Source of the DNA: Antedon mediterranea
Lineage: Eukaryota; Animalia; Echinodermata
Direction of reading: 5' to 3'
NCBI RefSeq assembly: GCF_964355755.1
Contig: NC_092674.1
Coordinates: 17,484,001 to 17,548,000, forward strand
DNA: 64,000 nucleotides
Position numbers and translations under genes: made by a program. The notes below the pieces were generated by a model that was given only the letters and a program-made list of their open reading frames with translations, was not told the DNA's origin and ran no database searches. Below, one piece after another: positions 53,462-64,000 of this stretch; the stretch's first letter is position 1, and the number at the start of each line of letters is the position of its first letter.

Positions 53462-55880
53462 CAGGGAAGAGTTAAATTACATGGAAAACTCACGAGCCGT
53501 TGAGGCGTGTTAATGCAATTAAATCGCTATTGTTCTCTATTGTTTTGTGAATAAACTAACTTCCCCTTTTGTCCCATACGCGCGGCACCGCCAATTACTG
53601 AATATGCTGCCACCAACGTGTAGATTGGCATTAGACTTGTTACCAGTCGTTTTTTTTCAGAAATCCTTTTTGGTTTTTTAAAATAAAATAAGAGGTTTAA
53701 CACTTAACGACTAATTTGAGACTATTTTGCACACGTTACACAAGCGTTTCCATTTTTTAAAATGTGTATTTTCACAAAGAAACACGCTTTTTAGGTGGAT
53801 TTTCGGTAAGTATGCAATGGCCTTTTACGAAATGTATCGTCTTTTATATCAGCATTTAGAGACATATGCCTAAAATTGCCTAATGTCTAGCTCAGATATG
53901 TGAAACCAATAACATCTATATATATTGTGGTCCAGTTTTTATTTGCGACCAATTCCGACCAAATACCAAAAATAAAAGATTTCTGAACCACCTTTACTCA
54001 GTTTTAGAGACTAAGATCGGCGGCGAGATGCTGGTAAGCTCCGCCCACATGCTATTCCAGATAGACGCTGTTGCTAGGCCTATCGGCCACCTATTGCTAT
54101 TCTGTCAAGCAACCTGTTTTAGTTTTTCAATTGTTAAATAAGTCAAAAATACCAGGCTAACATAAAATGAAAGTTCTAGACCTAGGCCCCTAATTAAAAC
54201 AAACTTCTATTAGAGTAGGTTTACCTAGGGCTAGCTAATAAGCTAGGGCCTCTAGCTAGGCCTTCCTCTCTTCATCCAAGTGCAATTCATCCCAATGATG
54301 GTACCCAAGATGCTGCCTACAGAAGGTATTGGTTTCTGAATTTTTTTATTTGAATACTGTATATAATAATGTTTCCTTTTTTTCATCCACAGTTTCTTCA
54401 TTTGTTGACATGGCCAAGATATTCCTTTCACAGAAGAAGCCTGATGGTACAAGACGGATTGTGTACTTTTTCCGTGAGAAAAACAACCAGGATGCTCTAG
54501 AAAACTATTCCAGTATAGAAAGGAGTTGCCTTGGGAGATGGGAAAATCTGACAGTCATAACTTATTAGTTATTTTAAATTGATACTTGTTTTGTAATCTG
54601 TTGATTCAGCCATTTGAAGTAGATAAAGAATGTCACGGAACAAAATATATTTTAGTACTTACGAAGAATCTCTTTTTTTACTCTGGTATTGATAAACATT
54701 ATGACATCATGTAACAATTTTAATAAAAAATTGTTTTGTAAATAAAGTATATTCTAAATTGTATGTTGGTTTGACTAAAAACAAAACACATAATTTGATG
54801 AATACATACTTTGAAATATACCTGTATTGACATGATTATACAGTATTGATTTTTATACAAAATAAATTTACAACTCCAACCTTAAACTTTTTTTGTCTTT
54901 TGCTTTTATTTTATTATTTGTTAAGTTACACCAGTGTGTGATAATACTCTGTTTGATATTGGAATTACACATTCCCTTTAGCGACAAAAACCTCTCCATT
55001 TCTAAATCTAAGTTTCTAAAAAACAAATTAATACATCTTTTATGTGAAAAGCACCCCCTCCCCCTTTGAACGTCACTTCAACCAGTCATTGGTGTAGTCT
55101 ATAGGAAAGAATTAGTTTCTTCTATACTTTTGACCTCCCAGCACAATAAAGTTCACATAAAATCATATAATACAATGCAGAATTATTTTCAGGCAGGGAA
55201 GAACTCTGGGCCTGGCCCTAGACCTAGGTAGGCTACTGGTACATGCAACTGGCGCGCACAGGAGATACTTTTAATGGCCGAGTAGCCTACAAATACACTC
55301 TTATTGTTAAAACAGGATCAGGCTAACTTAGTTTGGTAAGCATATCAATTCAAATAGGCCTAGGTAGCTAGCCAGAAGAGAAGATTGTAGGCCTAGCCTA
55401 ATAGTAGTTGAGTAGGGCCTATTTTTAGGGCCTAAAGTAACTAGCCTAGGCCTAGCTAGGAGTGCCTATCTATTACATTCTTACTAGCTAGGGCCTAGGC
55501 CTAGGCCTACTAGCCCTAGATTGAAGTAGGACCTGGTGTAGCAAGTAGGCCTAGCCTATTACATATACTTGAAATGTGCGTACGGAAATTTTCTAAAAAC
55601 GGAAAATACAAATACGACGACGACTACGTCGCGATATATATCGAAAAAGTTTAATGCGTCAGGTTACCAAGGGGCTGGGGGCGGTTCGACGAAGACGTCA
55701 TCAGTAGTGTGTTGTTGCATGCGGTCACCGACCGGAAAACAATCGCTTCTGAGCATGCGCAAAGCAATTACTTCGTCTTGAGCGAACATCCGTTGATTAT
55801 GTAATCGAATCGGCGGTGCCGCGCGTTGTAACGTTTGATGTAAGGTCCGTGAGTTTTCCATGTAATTTAACTCTTCCCTG
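53462..55880. mobile_element. Non-autonomous P-element-like transposon nested in the Academ element
   Basis: Perfect 33-bp TIR CAGGGAAGAGTTAAATTACATGGAAAACTCACG; 7-bp TSD GTAAAAG (53455-53461, 55881-55887); CA...TG termini. Confidence 0.8.
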
Positions 55881-56591
55881 GTAAAAGGTAGGTATCTTTT
55901 CTAGCTGTTAAAATGGTTATGGCGACGCGAGCCACGTGTGTTGGTATAGGATGAGATGGGAACGCGTGTTCTATGTGTCGCGTGTGGGGGTTTATTAGGT
56001 CATTAACGCACGACATACCATATCTGTCTGGACCTAGGCCTACGTACGAGGCCTAGCTAGCCTATGAGTTTTTTATAATATTTAATAATAATAATGGGAT
56101 AGTACAATATAAATCCATCATAATATAAGCCTAGCTTCTATTACTAAATTAGTGTAGTAGGATAGGTAGGACCTACTGTAGCTAGCCAAGAGTAGTAGGC
56201 TTTTATTTTTTATTATTAATTTTGTTTTCATTAATATTTTTAGTACAAAATATTACTAGGCATATACTATATATGCCTAATAATACCTAGTACAATATAA
56301 AACCATGTTATTATTTATTCATTTTTACGGTACTATATATAATATAGTATAGTTGTAGCCTATTTTTATTATTAATTAGCCTTCATTAGAGTAGGCCATA
56401 TTTTATTAAGTAATAATAGTATGCCTGGTAGTGTAATCAACTGCTGTGTGTTGGACAATTATTAATTCATATTTGCATAATTGTTATTTTTCAGGTGTGG
56501 TTGATAATCGGCCTAGTTTAAATGTAAGTTTTAGATATTTATTGCTACAGTAAGGTAAGTAAAGGTAGGTACACATTAATTAATACTTAGA

Positions 56592-59500
56592 ATGCCTCGT
56601 GGTAGTAACTGTCAACGGACTAATCCATCCAGGGAAGGTGGTCCATGCAAGTTCTGTGATGCAACTGAAAACAGATATTGGCATATTGCAAATGCTCTAC
56701 CAAACCATGCATTAGCAGTAGAAAACTTGCAGCAACATTTTAAGGTAAGTGAGATGGATTGTATTTGTTGGAATTGCCATAGGAAGTGGAATACTACTGA
56801 ACAACCGATAGCAAAGAAACCAAAGGTAGACCCTAGATCATGCCTTGTTCCAAATTGTACAAATCTTCACCAAATCCACCAAACTGACAAAGGGGATGAA
56901 TGTAAGTTAAGGCAATGTTTCCAGCTTCCAGAAGCCGATGTTAAGCAGGTACCACAATTGGATGGTAAGTTTTTTATTTGTCATTTGCATTATAATATCT
57001 ATAACCGTTTTCTCTCACCGTCTAAAAATGGTAGTGTATGTGATAATCGTACACCGGGTGGCAGCAATAGATCATGTGGCAATGATGTTGACAAATTTAA
57101 ATCGTATTTGATTGCACTTAATTTGTATGCTGAAGATATGGACTTGGCAAACATGTATTTATGTTTATCATGTTTTGCATCATACCATAGGTACTGTAAA
57201 GGTGAGTCATTCATCAGAGAACAGCGATGTTCCAAACATTTCTTTCAGAGTCTCATCGATTCACTTCAAGAAAATGTTGATCGCCAGAGCTGCATTGATG
57301 TAAGCATCTACAAGTCTGTAATTCACTTAGGGGAGGTTTTGCTTTCTGATAAAGCAATTTTACTAGATAAACTCTATCAGCATTTTTCAGAAAGTTGTTT
57401 GTTGTTTGATGTATCACAATGCAGGAATCATGAGTTACACAAATTAACTGAAAAGCAGATGAGGAAACTATTGCTTAAACGTATAAGGGCGTCATTAGGT
57501 GAATGTGTAACAAGCTACAGTGTCCCTGGAATCGAACGTTTAGGAATTGTTTTTAGAAGGTTTGGTACCGATATCCAGAATTGTTTGTTGAAATCCCTAC
57601 GAGTGCAATAAGGAGAATGAGCGACTTAAAAGGCATGTTGAGGAAATGTAGAGAAAACTAAAAGGTTTAGAGACTCAAGGTAAGTGTCATTTGACAGCTG
57701 CAGCTGATGATTTACAGTCTAGAGTGGCCACTCAGGCTAAGGTGTTTTCCGATAATAAGTTAACTATTGATACATTTGATTTCATTTCACTCATTAGGTC
57801 TGTAGATCCTGTTGTTTGGAACTTTCTTGTACGAATAAGTCTAAATAACCAAGAAGTTAAGTCTTTTTATAATAAGATGACATTTACATGGGATACTCAT
57901 TACATGAGTACACACAAGTCAACAACACTGAGTCATAGTAAGCAATTGAAGAGACTCAATCTAATATGTTGCCTTCTGTTTTTGCAAAATGACCAGGCTT
58001 ATCTTCCTTTCCATATGCTAATCACTGATATTGTTGACAAGTTTACACACTCCTCCGGGAAATGTGTAAGTATCTTGTCACAGTTTGGGATATGTGTATC
58101 AAAAGACACTTTACTTAGGTACCAGAAACATGTTGCAGAACAGGAGATTGTCAATAAACAGTTTTTAACTAATTCATTCACAGTTGTTTCTATGGATAAC
58201 ATTGACAAAAACTCACAATATGCTGCTGTCCGATCATCGGAGCACTCGCGTGGATTCCACGGTACCTCAATTCAGGCTGTTCAATCCTTGCCTACAGCAT
58301 GTAAGACAAATTTAACTAATCTTTCTCAGGTTCCCCAGGTAACTCAGAGCAGCATGGTACAGCAGGTGGAAATTGGAAGAGAAAGGAAAATTTGTCCGTC
58401 AACAGTGTCAAGTTATCACAGCGGTTCTAATCAAATGTTTAATCCACTTAATCCACAGAGAGGTCGATGTTCCAATCTGAATATAGAAGACTTCCAGCTG
58501 TCAAATGATGAGTCTGCTGCTTTATCTACACAGGAACATTTTCTTTTTCAGTATATCCTGACAAAGACTTCGGCAAAACTAACAAAACCAGAACTCTCTT
58601 TACCAGGTTTGAAAGCTGCACATCATAGTGTTGGCTTTTCCAACACAGAGAAATCCGAAATTCAGTTTTTTGCAGTTCTTCCAGAACCAGCTGACAGCAA
58701 GGAGACAATTAAACACTCGTTGTCAATGCTGTATACTAAATATAATATTGGTAATTCCAGAGATCAATTGGTTGTGGTAGGTGATGGAAAAACATATGAC
58801 ATTCTAATGAATTTGAAAAGGGAGTATGGTACAGACCTTGACTGGATGTTACCCTACATAGGTGATTGGCATCTTTTAAAGAACTGTCAGGGCCCTAATA
58901 TGAAAGTGTACCTAGATGCAGGTCTCAAAGATTTATTGCTGAAAGGAGGATATCGTGGTGCTAAACTTACATCTGTTGCTAATGCCACTGTTTTTGACAC
59001 AACACATCATTTTCTTTTGCAGGTTTGGGAGGCTTTTTATCAATTTCAGGTTAAAGCATTTTTTGATAGTATGGAATTGCGAGATGAGATCACATCTAAT
59101 ATTAATGATTGTATTTCTGCTTCTTTGAATAGTGAACATTTTTCATATATGGATACTAGTTCAATGTTATCAGCTCACCCAGTATACAAGGAAAGATTTG
59201 ACAAGTTTTGTAGTGAATTATGTCTCAAAAATGCAACTTTCAGGTTCTGGCATCACTTTGTTCATCGTGATATGTTCCACTACATTAATCTTTATCTTGC
59301 TATTCGCAGTCGAAATTTTGATCTCAGGAATGCATGTGTTCTCCAGCTAACTCCATTATTCCATGCATTAGATAGGCACATGTATCTAAAAATAATTCCT
59401 TTTCATATAGCTGATCTAAAGAAATATCCTGAACACATTCTTGAATGCTTTTCACAGGGTGCATTCACAGTTAGTATCACTGGCAATAATTGGTCATGTG

Positions 59501-61758
59501 TAGCCCTTGATGAGGCACATGAGATGGTAATCAACAAGAATGTAAAGATGGCTTTGACAACAACAGGAACAGAAGGATTATCAAAGCTAGTACACTATCT
59601 TCCACACCGCACACGATCTGTATGCAATTTATCCTTACAGATGAGTCGTAAAATTGGATATTCATCACCTCAATTTCTGTCTCCTTCTCTAATTAAATAT
59701 GAAGAAGAGAATATACTTGTTTTTTTCACAGAACTGCAGAGTTCTGCAATATTGGATACAGGTCCTTCTGATCTTTTATACCATTTATTCACAGGACAGG
59801 CTGCAGCACCAAAAGCCTCCACCGATTTGCTGAATTTCTTTGAATATGACCAGCAAGATTTAAACTCTTACCTTAAATGTATAGTTCTTAATGTTCCAGG
59901 TGCAAAGCGACCACACCGAAAGAGAAGAAATATCACCACTTTCACTACGCCAAAGAAGACTGTTGCAAAATAGAGAAAGGAAATCCAAGATCACAAACTA
60001 CAGATATCCTGTTTACGAAAACAGGTTGCTTGGTCAAAATCACAAAATCAGGCTGTATCTGACTTTCACCAAGTTCTTTCTCTTCATAGGGCTTTATGTT
60101 CAGCAGATGGCATACCGTACAAAGCTAGTAAGGCTGTTTCATCTACTTTTTTTAATTCAAGGTATCCTAATGCTTTCACAGATATCTATACTCCCACCAA
60201 GGAAGCAACAGCATATATAGCAGAGGGAATGTCTTTAATCAACACTACCCCATTACAATCTCATGAGACATTCAGAGATTACATGTCCTTTCTTTTCAGG
60301 CAATGGGTTTTAAGACCATTCCGTGAATACCATGCCAGTGAAGTTCATGTGGTGTTTGACCATCCCAGTAGACATGGTTTAAGTCCAAAGGATGTTGAGA
60401 GAACACGGCGTGATTCAAAACAGGATAGTACAGCTGACACTCAATTTTCTTCCATAGATGTAGATGACAAGTTACCACGCAACTGGCGTGCATTTCTTGG
60501 AGTGCGGAGCCAGAAACGTCTTCTCGTCAATCTAATATCAAGTTTCTTTGTCTCTCTTGCTTCACAGAAATTACATGATGGCCAGACTTTTATAACGTCA
60601 GGAGGTTTTGATGGTCAAGACACTGACAAAGCTTTTTGTGCTCGAACTAATGAAACCAATTTGGTTTCAGAATATATATCTTCACACGAGGAAGGGGATT
60701 CAAGAGTGTGGCTACATTTTGCTAAAACATCCTGCAAATCTGTTGTTATTTATAGCCCAGATCGAGATACTTTTCATGTAGGTCTTCCAGTTGTAAAGAA
60801 AGCAGAAAAGAAAGCTGTTGTCCAGTTGAGAGCTTCAAGAGGAGATAATTTGTATCTCTGTGTTAATTCATTGTTGTCATCATTGTCTGATGACCTTTCT
60901 TTGCAGGCTCTTGTTGATGCGGTATCTGATGTTCCAGAGTATCTTCAGGTGTTGTTTATTTGTAGCGGTTGTGATTATGTTTCATTTTTCAAAGGACTTT
61001 AAAAAAAGAAATTCATGGAAGTGTTTTTTAGACATTTCAGGTTTGTTACTGGAGGGGTTTATTCAGGTTACCTGAATCAGGTTGGTTCTGGTGTTCAAGA
61101 ACTTGGACTATTAGCATTTTATAGATTGGTTGGTTGTGTTTATTTTCAGCAGCACATGTCTGCATTTAGCGTAGATACAGCGGAAGAACTTTTTGATAAT
61201 GTGAGTACAAGTACATCTGATTTGAGTGACCTAGACATACATGTTAAATTTCTTACTGTAATCAGGGAAAGTATATTCCACCGCATCACAAGTGAGGACC
61301 AGTGGATGCCAACAGTTGATGCTTTGAAGTATCACTGGTTAAGGACATGTTGGGTTGCTTTAGTATGGTCTCAGGCAAGTACACATTTAGTTGTAATTCC
61401 TGAATGTATAAAGTATGGATGGAGCCAGACAGACCAAGGCAAGATTACTGTTATGTGGGACTCTGAAGAAAATAAATTAAAGGTAAGTGAATCAGTTAGA
61501 TATTTAAAGATTGGCTGCAAATGCAAGACTGGATGTATAACTGGCAGATGTGCGTGCCATAAACGCAAAAAACATTGTGGACCTGGTTGCTCTTGTTTAA
61601 GATGCAAGAAAACACAAGACGTTGAAGATGAAGATCTTACCAGCAGTGACTCGGATACAGAGTCTACTTGTAGTAATTCAAGTGATGGTTCTGCTATCTC
61701 CTCACATGATGGCATGGATGAAGATGCCAATGATACTTTTCAATTTTTAATCACTTAG
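56592..61758 (+). pseudogene. Academ transposase: N-terminal Cys-rich region, transposase core, XPG/PIN-like nuclease, C-terminal Cys finger
   Basis: MDNID..FHGTS, VGDGKTY, IGDWHLLKN, ALDEAHE; XPG-like VVFD, HEEGDSR, SPDRD, GCDYVSFF; C-terminal CKCKTGC..RCAC..CGPGCSC..C. Frameshift at ~57610; in-frame stops at ~57651, 59973 and 61002. Confidence 0.82.
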
Positions 61759-62077
61759 ACATTGTAACTTTTTTTTTATTATGTATATATGTTACTTTCA
61801 AATAAATGCAGTGAAATCTCTTGTAACAGAATAATACTTTTTTTTCACAAAAACACTTTTTACTTGTTGATAGTACAATATTACCATGATCTTTTTAACA
61901 TTGTTCTTTCATTATTTTTTGTTTTTGAGTATTATTTGAATGCTGCATGTATATAATCAAGTCCTATACTCCTATAATCAAATATATATTTCAATACTGC
62001 ATGTTATCAATGTAAACATCTGGTTATTTATGCAATAATAATTTAACAGGATACATAAACTACCTCATATTAGTTAA

Positions 62078-62500
62078 ATCCATTTATCAGTTTATTCCAT
62101 CCATGATATTATTATACCAAAGAAGTTTAAATGTTTGCATGCCTTGTAATTTTGTTGTATATAATGCATAGCCTATATACAATATATATTTTCGAGCCAT
62201 GTTAGTTTCCAGTTTGAAGTTTCAATGTTACAGTATTATTAAACGTGTCCATGTATTGTAGTGTTTTGTATATAAAATACAGTATCCATTTATCAGTTTA
62301 TTCCATCCTTGATATTATTATACCAAAGACGTTTAAATGTTTGCATGACTTGTAATGTTTTTGTATATAATAGTACTTAGCCTACATATTATATTTATAT
62401 ATATTTTTGTAGTCCTATAAACGGTTAGTTTCAGGTTTGATTTTTCAAATACAGTATTATTAAATGTGTGCATGCATTGTATTGTTTTGTATATAAAATA
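62078..62500 (+). repeat. Two ~207-bp direct repeats in the Academ 3' region
   Basis: ATCCATTTATCAGTTTATTCCATCC.. at 62078 and 62285. Confidence 0.8.
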
Positions 62501-63679
62501 TAGTATATTTATGTAGATTTTGCAATTAGAACAATAAGTCTTTCTGTATGCTCATTTTAATGCATTTTTCACTATACCATACAGTTATCACTGTATAATA
62601 CAGTAATATAACAATCATTCTAAAAGTCTTTCATTCTGCATGCATTGTAGTTCTTTGTACATCATATATATATATATATAGTGTGCTGCATGATTGTAGT
62701 TCTTTTGTCTGTCATTTCAATAAATATTATATATAAAAAAATAAAATAAAAGTACAGTATTTATTATTATTGATTGAAAATACAGTATTTTGTTTACAAA
62801 AAAAAGTTTTTTTTCCCCTTTCCTTCGTCAAAAGTATCTACTAATCAATATATGATGTGTTTATTTGTCTGTATTTTCAAACGTGTAATGTAAATAGGCA
62901 ATCTTTCGGTGCTTTTCTTATTTAACTGTCATACAATTGGCTAGCCCCGATGCGACTTATCGTGATGTCAATAGACCGACTTTTTGCCGCTGGAACAATC
63001 ACTCGCTAAATGGGCCTAGGCCGCGGCCTCGTATACAAGTTTAGAAATAGCGATTATAACTAACCTTAATAAATATTGTATTGTCGGGGATGAACAAGTA
63101 ATAATACAAGTTGTAACCGAGTATTTTTATTTATATAAATACTTGTCTGAGGCAATATCAATATCGAGTATTATTTTTCGCTACGTAAGTTTATAAATAC
63201 GATCATAAATGCGTTTTCAAAATGGCGGTTTCGCTGATTTCGGTGTATAAGAATAGAGACACCTTTAGTTTGAATAGTCGGAACTGCGTCCCAACAATCC
63301 AATTCTTTAGCTTATTATCGCATTTTGTAGATTATAAAATTCTCTAATAGGGATTTTAAATGCAAGACTGTTCAATTTTTTTATATATTTTATTTTTACA
63401 TGTTTTTAGGGTACAAATTCGTAAAAAAGACATCGGTCGATTTTGCCATTAAAGTACACATTATAGGTTTGGTCAAAGTCGTTAAATTTGATATCACAAT
63501 ATATAACAACTATATATAAAAGTATTTCACTGATAACATTTGATTCATAAACTACTAAATTAACAAATAATGTGTTTTTCTAATACCCCAAAATTTGGTA
63601 ATTTTGAACTAATTTCGAAAAGTAGGGCGCCCTCTCCGAATCGAAATTTGACACGATTTGACGACTGGCTTTCCTACTG

Positions 63680-64000
63680 TAGACCATTTTGTGCATTTCG
63701 AAAAAATGTGTTAACATAAAAAAACCAAAGTGTTTAGAATATCTTCAAATCGCATTTAGAGACGTTTTAGACCATTTTGTGCATTTCGATGAAAATTGGT
63801 TACACAAAAACATCAAAGTGCTTAAAATCACATTTAAAACCGTTTTAGAGCATTTTGAGCATTTCGGTAAAACTGTTCACACAAAAACATCAAAGTGTAC
63901 AAAATAGCTTAATATTGTGTTTGAAAACGTTTTAAACCATTTTGAGCATGTCGATAAAACTTTTCACACAACAACATCAAAGTGCACAGAATAGAAAGAC
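63680..64000 (+). repeat. Satellite C array (continued)
   Basis: Resumes in register after the Academ right TIR. Confidence 0.93.

Larger units (their letters stand above)
52985..63679 (+). mobile_element. Academ (XPG-domain type) DNA transposon
   Basis: TIR CAGT(G/A)GGAAAGCCA...AAATCGTGT; inserted in satellite C with an apparent 5-bp TSD TAGGC/TAGAC; encodes a ~1700-aa disrupted transposase. Confidence 0.8.

Noticed and set aside
55200-55560. CTAG/GGCCTA-rich palindromic tracts (also ~35380, 36350, 40750)
   Set aside because: Low-complexity sequence common inside several elements; no defined unit or boundaries.

Overview
AT-rich eukaryotic DNA, probably from a marine invertebrate (inferred from the transposon repertoire), with no recognisable host gene. 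The window is a heterochromatin-like mosaic of three satellites (A: ~187/131-bp unit; B: 25-bp unit; C: ~88-bp unit) carrying many nested mobile elements. DNA elements: an intron-containing Chapaev-type DDE transposon whose protein has a RAG1-like N-terminus (Chapa zinc finger, RING, further Zn finger), a related non-autonomous CAC...GTG element, a ~10.7-kb Academ transposon, non-autonomous Kolobok-, Sola1-, MULE- and P-like elements, and DINE-1/Helentron-like inserts. Retroelements: a rearranged DIRS/Ngaro-type tyrosine-recombinase element, Rex1/Babar and L2 LINE pieces, and a Deu-type tRNA SINE. The most striking observation is that the ends of the two Chapaev-like elements resemble V(D)J recombination signal sequences: a CACA-heptamer plus an A-rich nonamer, separated by exactly 12 bp (2931-2958), 21 bp (6066-6102) and exactly 23 bp (44064-44102). 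Family assignments come from motif recall, not database searches.
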